DNA of 42,306 nt from a virus (IMGVR_UViG_2617271049_000012); one strand, 5' to 3'. Numbered from the stretch's first letter, positions 25,544-35,268 are shown. The notes: generated by a model not told the origin, from the letters alone. A program made the numbers and translations.

Positions 25544-26572
25544 ATGGGGTTATTTACCACGCGTCAGTTGCTCGGCTACACCGAGCAGAAAGTGAAATTC
25601 CGTGCGCTGTTTCTGGAGCTGTTTTTTCGTCGTACGGTCACTTTCCATACTCAGGAAGTGATGCTGGATAAAATCACCGGAAAAACACCGGTTGCGGCAT
25701 ATGTGTCTCCGGTTGTGTCAGGTAAGGTACTGCGCAGTCGTGGTGGTGAAACCCGCGTGTTACGCCCCGGCTATGTTAAACCAAAACACCGGCTGGATTA
25801 TCAGCAGGCGGTGGAGCGTCTTCCGGGGGAAGATCCGGCCCGTCTTAATGACCCGGCCTACCGTCGCCTGCGTATTCTGACTGACAACCTGAAACAGGAA
25901 GAACAGGCGATTGTGCAGGTGGAAGAAATGCAGGCGGTCAGCGCTGTTCTGCAGGGTAAGTACACCATGAGCGGTGAACAGTTTGAGACGGTGGAAGTGG
26001 ATTTTGGACGTTCTGCCGCCAATAACATTACGCAGGCAGGGGGACGCGAATGGTCAAAACAGAATGCTGACACCTTTGATCCGACGCATGATCTGGATGC
26101 GTACTGCGATTTTGCTTCCGGTACCATCAATATTGCGATTATGGACGGTACTGTCTGGCGTATGCTGAACGGTTTTAAACTGTTTCGTGAAAAACTGGAT
26201 ACCCGCCGTGGCTCAAAATCTGAACTGGAAACCGCGCTGAAAGATCTGGGGTCCGTGGTTTCTTTTAAAGGTTATTACGGTGATCTGGCCATCATGGTGG
26301 CGAAAACAACGTATGTTGATGAAAACGGGGATGAGCAGCGTTATCTGCCGGAAGGCACACTGATTCTTGGAAACACTCAGGTGGAGGGTGTCCGTTGTTA
26401 TGGCGCAATCCAGGATAACCAGGCGCTGAGTGAAGGGATCACCTCTGCAATTCGTTATCCGAAACACTGGTTAGAGGTGGGGGACCCGGGGTGCGAATAT
26501 ACCATGACGCAGTCTGCGCCGTTGATGGTGTTGCCGGATCCGGACGCGTTTGTGGTAGTTCAGGTGAAATAA
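25544..26572 (+). CDS. E: Major capsid protein E
   Basis: Colinear with lambda gpE (...YVSP.VSG.V.RSRGG......PGYVKPKH.........RL..EDP..L.DPAYRR.RI...N...EE.AI.QVEEMQAVSAVL.GKYTM.GE.F..VEVD.GRS...NITQ.GG.EWSK...). Confidence 0.95.
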   Translation: MGLFTTRQLLGYTEQKVKFRALFLELFFRRTVTFHTQEVMLDKITGKTPVAAYVSPVVSGKVLRSRGGETRVLRPGYVKPKHRLDYQQAVERLPGEDPARLNDPAYRRLRILTDNLKQEEQAIVQVEEMQAVSAVLQGKYTMSGEQFETVEVDFGRSAANNITQAGGREWSKQNADTFDPTHDLDAYCDFASGTINIAIMDGTVWRMLNGFKLFREKLDTRRGSKSELETALKDLGSVVSFKGYYGDLAIMVAKTTYVDENGDEQRYLPEGTLILGNTQVEGVRCYGAIQDNQALSEGITSAIRYPKHWLEVGDPGCEYTMTQSAPLMVLPDPDAFVVVQVK

Positions 26573-26577
26573 GGTCA

Positions 26578-26600
26578 GGCGGGATATTCCCGCCTTTTTC
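26578..26600 (+). terminator. Rho-independent terminator after E
   Basis: GGCGGGA-TATT-CCCGCC followed by TTTTT. Confidence 0.55.
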
Positions 26601-26622
26601 TTTATCGCACAGGAGAGATGTG

Positions 26623-27003
26623 ATGACAAAAGAAGAAATAACAGCGCGTCTTCAGGAGCTGGCGGCAGTACTCGGGCGCGATGCCGATATTTCAGGCTCT
26701 AAAGCTGATCTTGAACAACGTCTGGCGGAGTGGGAAGAAGAATTAAGTGATGGTTCAGACGGCCTGTATAAGGATGATGAAGAACCACAACAAAAAAACG
26801 AAACACGATCCGAACGTGGGGAGAGTGAGAACCGAAATTCTGTGGATATGGTCATGGTCAAAGCTGTGGTGATGTTACATGTCAATGCACTCCACGCCAC
26901 ACGGGATAACCCCGTGGCATTTGTACGTCCGGGAGAAGTGTTTCGTGTATCTGCCGTGGTGGCAGCCAGCATGGTAGAAAGTGGCCTCGTGAAAATGTGT
27001 TGA
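26623..27003 (+). CDS. FI: DNA packaging protein FI
   Basis: MTK.E..ARL..L...L.RD....G.K..L..R.AE..EEL.D........ ...LH..ALHATRD.PVAFV.PG..FRVSA.VAA.M.E.GL, colinear with lambda FI. Confidence 0.85.
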   Translation: MTKEEITARLQELAAVLGRDADISGSKADLEQRLAEWEEELSDGSDGLYKDDEEPQQKNETRSERGESENRNSVDMVMVKAVVMLHVNALHATRDNPVAFVRPGEVFRVSAVVAASMVESGLVKMC

Positions 27004-27016
27004 ATGTGGGGGAAAG

Positions 27017-27391
27017 GTGGCAGATTTCGATAATCCGTTTGATGCCGCCGTCGCCATGGCTGACGAGGTCATTCTTTGTCATATGGGGATTACGGCGGTA
27101 ATTACGTCCGGTCAGCTTGAAGGAAAAACACTCAGGGGTGTTTTTGATGATCCTGAAAAAATTTCGTTCGTTGCCGGAGGAGTACGGTTTGAAGATTCTT
27201 CACCGTCTTTGTTTGTGAAAACAGCAGATATTACGGGACTGCGCCGTCTGGATACGCTGGAGGTTGGTGGGGATCTTTTTCGGGTGGATCGCATTACTCA
27301 GGACGACGGGGGATGCTGTTATATCCGCCTGCAACGGTGTGACAGTTCCCGGGGTGATATCAGTACGGGGCGATATTATGAAAGGTCTTGA
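27017..27391 (+). CDS. FII: Head-tail joining protein FII
   Basis: MADFDN.FDAA.A.ADE.I...MG..A.ITSG...G...RGVFDDPE.IS....GVR.E.SSPSLFV.T......RR.DTL..G......DR...DDGG, colinear with lambda FII. Confidence 0.85.
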   Translation: MADFDNPFDAAVAMADEVILCHMGITAVITSGQLEGKTLRGVFDDPEKISFVAGGVRFEDSSPSLFVKTADITGLRRLDTLEVGGDLFRVDRITQDDGGCCYIRLQRCDSSRGDISTGRYYERS

Positions 27392-27968
27392 AAACGCCAT
27401 CCGTAATCTGGACATCCTTGATACCCGTATGGTGCCACAGGCCAGCGCCTGGGCAATAAATCGTGTGGCACAGAAAGCCATTTCTCAGGCTACCCGACAG
27501 GTTGCCCGCGATACCGTAGCCGGTGATAACCAGATGAAGGGGATCCCCCTGAAACTGGTCAGGGGGCGCGTCAGGATGCTGAGTGCCAGCCCTTCCGGAA
27601 AAATGTATGCCAGGATCCGCATTAACCGTGGCAACCTTCCCGCCATCAAACTGAACACAACGCGACGGCGTGCCGGTGACGGGCTGAGGGTGGGGAAATA
27701 TTTTTTCCGTGGCGCGTTTATCCGGCAACTGGCGAATGGTCGCTGGCATGTTCTGAGACGTCTTCCTGAAGCGCGTTTCGCAACAGGGCGCGACCATCAG
27801 GGCAGACCGAAAAAAAATCGTCTACCTGTGGAGGTTGTGAAAATCCCGCTGGCCGGAGCGCTGACTCAGGCATTTGAGGATGCCCGTAAAAGCGTCATTG
27901 ATAACGAGATGCCGAAACAGCTGGGGTATGCCCTGAAACACCAACTGAGGTTATATCTGACCCGATGA
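27378..27968 (+). CDS. Z: Tail protein Z
   Basis: MKGLENAIRNL...INRVA..AISQ...QVAR.T...........IKL...R........KGG......RGAFI.QL.NGRWHV..R........VVKIP.A..LT.AF......I....PK.LGYAL.HQLR. Confidence 0.85.
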   Translation: MKGLENAIRNLDILDTRMVPQASAWAINRVAQKAISQATRQVARDTVAGDNQMKGIPLKLVRGRVRMLSASPSGKMYARIRINRGNLPAIKLNTTRRRAGDGLRVGKYFFRGAFIRQLANGRWHVLRRLPEARFATGRDHQGRPKKNRLPVEVVKIPLAGALTQAFEDARKSVIDNEMPKQLGYALKHQLRLYLTR

Positions 27969-28366
27969 ACCGACACACACAAATTCGTCAGGCCGTATTG
28001 TCGCGCCTGAAAACGACGTGCGGGGAGAAGACCGTCCTGTTTGACGGCCTTCCTGCCTTTATTGATGCGCAGGAGCTGCCTGCCGTGGCGGTGTGGCTGA
28101 GTGATGCACAGTACACCGGAAAAATGACGGATGAGGATGACTGGCTGGCAGTTCTGCATGTCGCCGTCTTTATCCGCGCACAGGCACCGGATTCTGATCT
28201 GGATACGTGGATGGACAACATTATTTACCCGGCACTGGAGGATATTCCGGCGCTTTACGGCCTTATCGATACCATGATCCCACGGGGATTTAACTATCAG
28301 CGTGATAACGATATGGCAACATGGGCGATGGCGGAAATCACGTATCAAATCACATATACAAATTAA
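27965..28366 (+). CDS. U: Tail terminator protein U
   Basis: Colinear with lambda gpU (...FDG.PA.......PAVAV.L..A.YTG...D.D.W.A.LH..VF..AQ.PDS.LD.WM...IYP...DIPAL..LI.....GF.Y.RD.D...W....TY.ITY). Confidence 0.85.
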   Translation: MNRHTQIRQAVLSRLKTTCGEKTVLFDGLPAFIDAQELPAVAVWLSDAQYTGKMTDEDDWLAVLHVAVFIRAQAPDSDLDTWMDNIIYPALEDIPALYGLIDTMIPRGFNYQRDNDMATWAMAEITYQITYTN

Positions 28367-28376
28367 GGGGTGGGAA

Positions 28377-29117
28377 ATGACGACACCGAATCCACTTGAA
28401 AAAATGAAAGGGGCGGGGACGACGTTCTGGATGTATACCGGCAAGGGCGACGCATTTGCGAATCCTTTGTCAGATACGGACTGGCTGCGCCTCGCGATGG
28501 TGAAGGATCTGCAGCCGGGGGAAATGACTGCAGATGCGGAAGATGACGATTATCTCGATGATGAAAATGCTGACTGGAAAACGACAACTCAGGGGCAAAA
28601 ATCTGTTGGTGATACATCCGCGACGCTGGCCTGGCGTCCGGGTGACAGCGGACAGAAAAAACTGATTCAGTTGTTTGATTCCGGTGAAGTTCGTGCATTC
28701 CGCATTAAATACCCTAACGGTACCGTTGATGTGTTCCGCGGCTGGCTGAGTTCGCTGGGTAAAACCATTACGTCAAAAGATGTGATGACCCGTACGGTTA
28801 AAATCAGCGGTGTGGGGCGTCCGTATCTGGCTGAGGAGGGGACTGAAATTGTGGGGGTGACCGGGCTGACAGTAATGCCGGTTTCCGCCAGTGTCAGAGT
28901 GGGGGCAACGACGACGCTGACATTCAGCACAGTACCGGAAGATGCTTCTGATAAAACGGTGAGCGTGGCGTCATCATCTCCTGATATCGCCACGGTTACG
29001 CTGAGTGGCATGGTGGCCACGGTGAAAGGTGTGAAAGCGGGCAGCACCTCGATTGTGGGGATGACTGCGGGTGGTGCGCAGGTTGCTGTGGCCGGTATTA
29101 CCGTTAATGGTGATTAA
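28377..29117 (+). CDS. V: Major tail protein V (with C-terminal Big_2-like domain)
   Basis: ...NP......KGAGTT.W.Y.G.GD..ANPLSD.DW.RLA.VKDL.PGE.TA...DD.YLDDE.ADW..T.QGQKS.GDTS.TLAW.PG..GQ......F..G..RA..I..PNGTVDVFRGW.SS.GK..T.K.V.TRTVK...VGRP, colinear with lambda gpV. Confidence 0.9.
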   Translation: MTTPNPLEKMKGAGTTFWMYTGKGDAFANPLSDTDWLRLAMVKDLQPGEMTADAEDDDYLDDENADWKTTTQGQKSVGDTSATLAWRPGDSGQKKLIQLFDSGEVRAFRIKYPNGTVDVFRGWLSSLGKTITSKDVMTRTVKISGVGRPYLAEEGTEIVGVTGLTVMPVSASVRVGATTTLTFSTVPEDASDKTVSVASSSPDIATVTLSGMVATVKGVKAGSTSIVGMTAGGAQVAVAGITVNGD

Positions 29118-29135
29118 CCTGGCAGTCTGTTTTTT

Positions 29136-29160
29136 ACCCCGGTATGCCGGGGTTTTTTGT
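29136..29160 (+). terminator. Rho-independent terminator after V
   Basis: CCCCGG-TATG-CCGGGG followed by TTTTTTG. Confidence 0.6.
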
Positions 29161-29173
29161 TTACGGAGGGGAC

Positions 29174-29563
29174 ATGTTTCTGAAACAGGACACATTTAAC
29201 TACGGTAATCAGTCTGTGGTACTGACAGAATTATCCGGACTTCAGCGGGTGGAGTATCTGGCGTTTGTCCAGAAACGGACAGCTGAGTTTGACGCCCTGG
29301 ATGATGCCATGCCGGTGGCGGATCGTCAGATTGAATTTCTGCGTATGGGGATGGATATCAATGCCTGGCTGGTTTCCCGGTCAATGTGGAATACGGACCC
29401 GTCACAGGATGTGGATGCGCTGAATGAGGATGTAAAAAACACCTGGTCTTATGACGCGCTTGGCGACGGGGGCAGTCTGGTTTTATCCCTGAGTGGTATG
29501 CCGGTCTCCACCGGTGATGTTCAGAACGGTGAACAGGTTCCCCTGACACCGGAAAAGTCCTGA
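29174..29563 (+). CDS. G: Tail assembly chaperone G
   Basis: MFLK...F......V.L.ELS.LQR.E.LA..., gpG-like, in the lambda position between V and T/H. Confidence 0.8.
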   Translation: MFLKQDTFNYGNQSVVLTELSGLQRVEYLAFVQKRTAEFDALDDAMPVADRQIEFLRMGMDINAWLVSRSMWNTDPSQDVDALNEDVKNTWSYDALGDGGSLVLSLSGMPVSTGDVQNGEQVPLTPEKS

Positions 29564-29886
29564 CGCGGGAGATGCAGTTTGTGATGCAGCTTGCCCGTGA
29601 GTTCCGGCGGGCAGACTGGCGGCGGATGTTATCAGAAATGTCAGCGTCAGAACTGGGCGAATGGGGGGATTTCTTCCGGAAGCAGAGTTTCGGGGATATC
29701 TGGCTGGATGCACAGATTTCCACACTGAAGTCGCTGATGGTTCAGATGGTGTCCGGTGAACGTATTCCGGCGGATGATTTCAGTCTGGTTACGGATGACA
29801 GGGTGATCCCTGAACGCACGGATGAAGAGCTGATGCATCTGGGGGAAGGTATATCGGGAGGAATGAGATTTGGACCAGATTGCTGA
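29548..29886 (+). CDS. T: Tail assembly protein T, expressed as a G-T fusion by programmed -1 frameshift
   Basis: ORF in the -1 frame relative to G, overlapping the G 3' end and ending at the H start; the conserved G/GT arrangement of lambda-like tails. Confidence 0.65.
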   Translation, partial: TGKVLTREMQFVMQLAREFRRADWRRMLSEMSASELGEWGDFFRKQSFGDIWLDAQISTLKSLMVQMVSGERIPADDFSLVTDDRVIPERTDEELMHLGEGISGGMRFGPDC

Positions 29887-32800
29887 CCTTGTCATTGATT
29901 TAAGCATTGATACCGCCGATTTTAAAGAGCAGCTTCCGCGTGTAAAAAATCTGCTGAATGGTACAGCAAGGGAGGCGGAGCGGGCCGAAGCCCGTATGAA
30001 ACGGTTTGAGGAAAGTCAGAAACAGGCTGCCAGCGCGACGGTGATACAGACTCAGGCCGTGGTGAAGCATGCGCAGGGGCATGTTTCGCTGGCGGAAGAT
30101 GTGGAAAGGGCGCGCCTGCGGATGGAGGCCCTGAGTCGTCAGATGCGGGAGGAGCAGGTTCAGGCGGCTGCGCTGGCTGCGGCGCAGGATAAGATGGCTG
30201 CCGCATTTTATCGTCAGATCGACAGCGTAAAACAGGCCAGTGCGGGGCTGCAGGAGTTACAGCGTATTCAGCAGCAGATCCGACAGGCCAGAAACAGTGG
30301 CGGGATTGCTCAGCAGGATTATCTGGCCCTGATTTCTGAGGTGACAGCGAAAACCCGCGTTCTGACACAGGCAGAGGAAACGGCCACCCGCCAGAAAACC
30401 GCATTTATTCGTCAGCTGAAAGAACAGACAAGTCGCCAGAAAATGACCACGACGGAACTGCTTCGGGCAAAGGCGGCACAACTTGGGTGCAGCAGTGCCG
30501 CGGAGGTGTACATCCGTAAAATGGAGAAAGCCGGAAACACCACACATTCGCTGGGACTGAAAAGTGCGGCAGCCCGTCGGGAGCTGGGGGTCATGATTGG
30601 TGAGCTGGCGCGAGGTAATTTCGGTGCGCTTCGTGGCTCCGGGATCACCCTGGCTAACCGTGCCGGCTGGATTGATAAATTAATGACTCCGAAAGGCCTG
30701 GCGGTGGGGGGAGTTATCGGAGGGATCACTGCTGCGGTTATTGGTCTGGGTAAAGCCTGGATGGAGGGGCAGGAAGAAGGCGAAGCCTTTAACCGGCAGC
30801 TTGAGCTCACCGGACACTATGCCGGTGTGACAGCCGGGCAGTTGTGGGCGCTCAGTAAAAATCTTTCCGGTAATGGCATCACGCAACATGCCATGGCGGG
30901 GTCACTGGCGCAGGTAGTGGGGAGCGGTGCATTTCACGGTAACGATATTGGTATGGTGGCGAAAGCTGCCGCACAGATGGAACGCTCGGTAGGGCAGTCT
31001 GTCAGTGACACCATCAGTCAGTTTAAACGGCTGAAGGATGATCCGGTCAGTGCTGCGAAGGCGCTGGATGATGAACTGCATTTTCTGACAGCCACCCAGC
31101 TTGAACAGATCCGTGTGCTCGGAGAGCAGGGGCGCACCAGTGACGCAGCCCGGATAGCCATGTCTGCACTGGCAGAGGAAACCGGTAAACGTACGTCGGA
31201 TATTGATAATAACCTCAATGCGCTGGGCAGTACGCTGCAAACCTTGTCTGACTGGTGGAAGCAGTTCTGGGATGCGGCCATGAACATTGGTCGGGAAGAT
31301 TCCCTTGATGCGCAGATTGCGTCGCTGCAGGAAAAAATTCAGCGGGCGAAGAAATTTCCGTGGACTAAGGCGTCCACCACGGGGGAATACGATCAGCAAC
31401 AACTGGATGCGCTGCAAGAGCGAAAACGCCAGCAGGATTTGCAGGATGCAAAAGAGCAGGCTGAGCGAAATTATCAGGAGCAGCAGAAACGCCGGAATGC
31501 TGAAAATGCCGCGCTGAACCGGATGAACGAAACGGAAGCAGCACGACATCAGCGTGAAATTGCGCGTATTAATGCCATGCAGTACGCCGATCAGGCGGTC
31601 AGGGACGCAGCGATACAGCGTGAAAATGAACGTTACGAAAAAGCCATTAAGAAAAAAACGCCTGCCACCCGTAATGATGAGGCCACCCGGCTATTACTGC
31701 AGTACAGCCAGCAACAGGCGCAGGTGGAGGGACAGATTGCCGCCGCCAGACAGTCAGCGGGCATGGCTACTGAAAGGATGACAGAAGCGCATAAACAGCT
31801 TCTGGCCCTTCAGCAGCGTATCAGCGATTTAGCCGGTAAAAAACTGACAGCAGATGAAAAAAGTGTACTGGCTCACAAGGATGAGCTGATTCAGGCACTG
31901 ACGCTGCTGGATGCAAAACAGCAGGAGCTGCAGAAGCAGACTGCCCTCAATGACCTGAAGAAAAAGACCATTCAGCTGACCAGTCAACTGGCTGAGGAAG
32001 AGCGCGCACAGCGTCAGCAACACGATCTGGACGTTGCCATGGCAGGAATGGGCGATCAGCAACGGCAGCGGTACCAGTCGCAGTTGCGTCTACGACAGCA
32101 GTACCAGCAACAGCTGGAGCAACTTGAACGGGACAGTAAGCAGAAAGGCTCGTATGGTTCTGACGCATACCGGAAGGCTGAACAGACGCTGACAGACAGT
32201 CTGAACCGGAAACTGAATGAGAATCGCCGCTACTGGCAACAGATGGATGCTGCGCAGGGGGAGTGGAGAAACGGTACAAAACGCGCGTTCATGAATTTTA
32301 CTGCCGACGCGGATAATGCTGCCGGGACTGCAGAACAGATGTTTATGTCTGCTTTCAGTAGTATGGGAAATGGTCTGGCAACTTTTGTTACCACCGGCAA
32401 ACTCAATTTCAAATCTTTCACCTCATCTGTGCTGTCAGATATGGCAAAAATTCTGGCGCAGGCAACCATGATGAAGGCTGTCAAAGGGATTGGCAGTGTG
32501 ATGGGGTTTGATTTCGGTGATGTGAAAACCAATGCAGAAGGTGGTGTTTATCAGTCTGCTGATTTGAGTCGCTACAGTGGCACGGTGGTTAACCGTCCGA
32601 CGTTTTTTGCTTTTGCAAAAGGCGCGGGGGTGATGGGTGAAGCGGGGCCTGAGGCTATCCTGCCCTTGCGCAGGGGGGCTGACGGTAAGCTGGGTGTTGT
32701 GGCAGCGACCTGTGGTTCGGGGATGGTGATGTTTGCGCCGCAGTACAACATCGAGATCAATAATGATGGCCAGAACGGACAGATTGGGCCGGAAGTCATG

Positions 32801-32893
32801 CAGGCGGTTTACAACCTGGGGAAAAGGGCTGCAGAAGATTTTATGCAACAACAGTCCCGTGATGGCGGGCAGTTAAGCGGAGTATACCGGTGA
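29870..32893 (+). CDS. H: Tail tape measure protein H (1007 aa)
   Basis: N-terminus (DLV.DLS.D.A.F.EQ) and C-terminus (...NNDGQNGQIGP...AVY...K.A.......RDGG..SG) match lambda gpH; long coiled-coil-like central region; TTG start directly after an in-frame TGA. Confidence 0.9.
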   Translation: MDQIADLVIDLSIDTADFKEQLPRVKNLLNGTAREAERAEARMKRFEESQKQAASATVIQTQAVVKHAQGHVSLAEDVERARLRMEALSRQMREEQVQAAALAAAQDKMAAAFYRQIDSVKQASAGLQELQRIQQQIRQARNSGGIAQQDYLALISEVTAKTRVLTQAEETATRQKTAFIRQLKEQTSRQKMTTTELLRAKAAQLGCSSAAEVYIRKMEKAGNTTHSLGLKSAAARRELGVMIGELARGNFGALRGSGITLANRAGWIDKLMTPKGLAVGGVIGGITAAVIGLGKAWMEGQEEGEAFNRQLELTGHYAGVTAGQLWALSKNLSGNGITQHAMAGSLAQVVGSGAFHGNDIGMVAKAAAQMERSVGQSVSDTISQFKRLKDDPVSAAKALDDELHFLTATQLEQIRVLGEQGRTSDAARIAMSALAEETGKRTSDIDNNLNALGSTLQTLSDWWKQFWDAAMNIGREDSLDAQIASLQEKIQRAKKFPWTKASTTGEYDQQQLDALQERKRQQDLQDAKEQAERNYQEQQKRRNAENAALNRMNETEAARHQREIARINAMQYADQAVRDAAIQRENERYEKAIKKKTPATRNDEATRLLLQYSQQQAQVEGQIAAARQSAGMATERMTEAHKQLLALQQRISDLAGKKLTADEKSVLAHKDELIQALTLLDAKQQELQKQTALNDLKKKTIQLTSQLAEEERAQRQQHDLDVAMAGMGDQQRQRYQSQLRLRQQYQQQLEQLERDSKQKGSYGSDAYRKAEQTLTDSLNRKLNENRRYWQQMDAAQGEWRNGTKRAFMNFTADADNAAGTAEQMFMSAFSSMGNGLATFVTTGKLNFKSFTSSVLSDMAKILAQATMMKAVKGIGSVMGFDFGDVKTNAEGGVYQSADLSRYSGTVVNRPTFFAFAKGAGVMGEAGPEAILPLRRGADGKLGVVAATCGSGMVMFAPQYNIEINNDGQNGQIGPEVMQAVYNLGKRAAEDFMQQQSRDGGQLSGVYR

Positions 32894-33222
32894 TGGAGAT
32901 ATTTAGCTGGAAAGTCCGTCCGGATATGAAGGTGGATTCAGAGCCCAAAGTGGTGACAGTTAAACTGGGTGATGGTTATGAACAGCGTCGTCCGGCGGGA
33001 CTGAATCCTCTGTTGCCAACGTACAGTGTCACGATCCGTGTCCGTAAAGGGGAGCATCAGGCGCTGGAAGCGTTTCTGGCCCGGCACGGTGGGGTCAGGG
33101 CGTTTCAGTGGACACCGCCTTATGGCTGGACACCTGTCCGGGTGGTCTGCTGTAAATGGTCGTCCAGTGTGGGGGCGCTGTGGGTCACGGTAACCGCAAA
33201 TTTTGAACAGGTCGTGGTATGA
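32893..33222 (+). CDS. M: Minor tail protein M
   Basis: ...F.WKV.P.M.V.S.P.V..V..GDGY.QR.PAGLN..L.TYSVT..V...E...LE.FL..HGG...F.WTPPY.W....V.C.KWSS.V..L.V...A.FEQVV, colinear with lambda gpM. Confidence 0.9.
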   Translation: MEIFSWKVRPDMKVDSEPKVVTVKLGDGYEQRRPAGLNPLLPTYSVTIRVRKGEHQALEAFLARHGGVRAFQWTPPYGWTPVRVVCCKWSSSVGALWVTVTANFEQVVV

Positions 33223-33231
33223 GGAGGACGG

Positions 33232-33930
33232 ATGCAGGATATCCGGCAGGAAACACTGAATGAATGTACCCGTACGGAGCAGTCTGCCAGCCTGGTACTC
33301 TGGGAAATTGATCTGACAGAGATTGGCGGGGAGCGTTATTTTTTCAGTAATGAGCCTAACGAGAAGGGGGAGGCCGTCACCTGGCAGGGCCGGAAATATG
33401 AGGTGTATCCTGTTCAGGGAGCAGGGTTTGAAATGAAAGGCAAGGGAAGCAGCGCCCGCCCCACCCTGACGGTGTCCAACCTGTACGGGATGGTTACCGG
33501 GATGGTGGAGGATTTACAGAGTCTGGCTGGCGGAACGGTGATCCGGCGTAAGGTTTACGCCCGTTTTCTGGATGCGGTGAATTTTACTAACGGAAACAGT
33601 GAAACCGATCCGGAACAGGAGGTGATCAGTTACTGGCGTATTGAACAGTGCAGCGACCTGACGGCGGTGACGGCAACGTTTGTTCTGGCCTCGCCAGCGG
33701 AGACAGACGGTGCGGTTTTCCCGGGACGTACCATGCTGGCCAACACCTGTACCTGGACCTATCGCGGTGATGAGTGCGGTTATCACGGTCCGGCTGTCGC
33801 GGATGAATATGACCAGCCGACGTCTGATATCACGAAGGATAAATGCAGTAAATGCCTGAGTGGCTGTAAGTCACGTCATAACGTCGGTAACTTTGGCGGT
33901 TTCCTTTCCATCAATAAACTTTCGCAGTAA
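33232..33930 (+). CDS. L: Minor tail protein L
   Basis: Near-identical from recollection to lambda gpL (MQDIRQETLNECTR.EQSAS.VLWEIDLTE.GGERYFF.NE.NEKGE.VTWQGR.Y...KCSKCLSGCK.R.NVGNFGGFLSINKLSQ). Confidence 0.95.
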   Translation: MQDIRQETLNECTRTEQSASLVLWEIDLTEIGGERYFFSNEPNEKGEAVTWQGRKYEVYPVQGAGFEMKGKGSSARPTLTVSNLYGMVTGMVEDLQSLAGGTVIRRKVYARFLDAVNFTNGNSETDPEQEVISYWRIEQCSDLTAVTATFVLASPAETDGAVFPGRTMLANTCTWTYRGDECGYHGPAVADEYDQPTSDITKDKCSKCLSGCKSRHNVGNFGGFLSINKLSQ

Positions 33931-33934
33931 ATCC

Positions 33935-34678
33935 ATGACAGAGACTGAATCAGTGATTCTGGCGCACGCCCGGCGATGTGCGCCAGCGGAGTCGTGCGGC
34001 TTCGTGGTGAGAACGCCGGAGGGGGAAAGGTATCTTCCCTGCGTGAATATCTCCGGTACTCCGGAGGCGTGTTTCCGGATGGTACCGGAAGACTGGCTGC
34101 GGGCACAAATACAGGGCGAGGTGGTGGCGCTGGTCCACAGCCATCCCGGTGGTCTGCCCTGGCTGAGTGAAGCCGACCGTCAGCTGCAGGTACAGAGTGA
34201 TTTGCCGTGGTGGCTGGTCTGTCGGGGGGCTCTCCATAAATTCCGCTGCGTGCCACATCTGACCGGAAGGCGCTTTGATCACGGGGTGACGGACTGTTAC
34301 ACGCTGTTCCGGGACGCTTATCATCTGGCAGGAATTGAGATACCGGATTTTCATCGTGAGGATGACTGGTGGCGTAACGGTCAGAATCTTTACCTGGACA
34401 ACATGGCAGATACAGGCTTTTACCCGGTCACCCTGTCAGCGGCGCAGCCGGGCGATGTGTTGCTGTGCTGCTTTGGTTCATCGGTGCCGAATCATGCCGC
34501 CATTTACTGTGGTGACGGCGAGCTGCTGCACCATATTCCTGAACAACTGAGTAAACGAGAGAGGTATACAGAAAAATGGCAGCGACGCACACACTCCCTC
34601 TGGCGGCACCGGGCATGGCACGCCTCTGTCTTTACGGGGATTTGCAACGATTTGGCCGCCGCATCGACCTTCGTGTGA
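33935..34678 (+). CDS. K: Tail assembly protein K
   Basis: gpK-like (...CG.VV.T.......PCVNI...P...F...P.DW.......GE.VA.VHSHP...); the ORF extends about 100 nt into I, so the true 3' end is uncertain. Confidence 0.8.
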   Translation: MTETESVILAHARRCAPAESCGFVVRTPEGERYLPCVNISGTPEACFRMVPEDWLRAQIQGEVVALVHSHPGGLPWLSEADRQLQVQSDLPWWLVCRGALHKFRCVPHLTGRRFDHGVTDCYTLFRDAYHLAGIEIPDFHREDDWWRNGQNLYLDNMADTGFYPVTLSAAQPGDVLLCCFGSSVPNHAAIYCGDGELLHHIPEQLSKRERYTEKWQRRTHSLWRHRAWHASVFTGICNDLAAASTFV

Positions 34679-35223
34679 AAACGGGGGCTGAAGCCATCCG
34701 GGCGCTGGCCACACAACTTCCGTCGTTTCGTCAGAAACTGAGTGACGGCTGGTATCAGGTACGTATTGCCGGGCGGGATGTCAGCGAGTCCGGGGTAACG
34801 GCACAGCTCCATGAGCCGTTACCGGACGGTGCGGTGATCCACATTGTTCCCCGGCTTGCCGGTGCAAAGCATGGCGGAATTTTTCAGACCATCCTGGGGG
34901 CTGTGGTTGTTGCGGTAGCCTGGTGGAACCCCGCGGGCTGGCTGGGTGCGGCAGCACTTACGGGGATGTATGCCGCCGGGGCCAGTATGATCCTCGGCGG
35001 GATAGCGCAGATGCTGACACCGGCCATCAAAACGCCGTCCATGGAGTCCGCGGATAACGGCAAACAGAACACCTTTTTTTCCTCGCTGGATAATATGATC
35101 GCCCAGGGGAATCCGTTACCGGTACTGTATGGTGAGATGCGAGTGGGGTCGCGTGTGATTTCACAGAGTATCAGTACTGCTGATGAGGGTGATGGTGGTC
35201 AGGTTGTGGTGATTGGTCGCTGA
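34576..35223 (+). CDS. I: Tail assembly protein I
   Basis: Near-identical from recollection to lambda gpI (MAATHTLPLA.PGMAR.CLYGDLQRFGRRIDLRVKTGAEAIRALATQLP.FRQKLSDGWYQVRIAGRDVS.SG.TAQLHE.LPDGAVIHIVPR.AGAK...). Confidence 0.95.
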   Translation: MAATHTLPLAAPGMARLCLYGDLQRFGRRIDLRVKTGAEAIRALATQLPSFRQKLSDGWYQVRIAGRDVSESGVTAQLHEPLPDGAVIHIVPRLAGAKHGGIFQTILGAVVVAVAWWNPAGWLGAAALTGMYAAGASMILGGIAQMLTPAIKTPSMESADNGKQNTFFSSLDNMIAQGNPLPVLYGEMRVGSRVISQSISTADEGDGGQVVVIGR

Positions 35224-35241
35224 TGTAAAACGTTTTATGTG

Positions 35242-35268
35242 AAACCGCCTGCGGGCGGTTTTGTTGTT
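35242..35268 (+). terminator. Hairpin/terminator between I and J
   Basis: AACCGCC-TGC-GGGCGGTT followed by a T-rich tract. Confidence 0.45.

Noticed and set aside
29922-31549. 160-aa and 215-aa minus-strand ORFs
   Set aside because: Antisense to the tape measure gene H.
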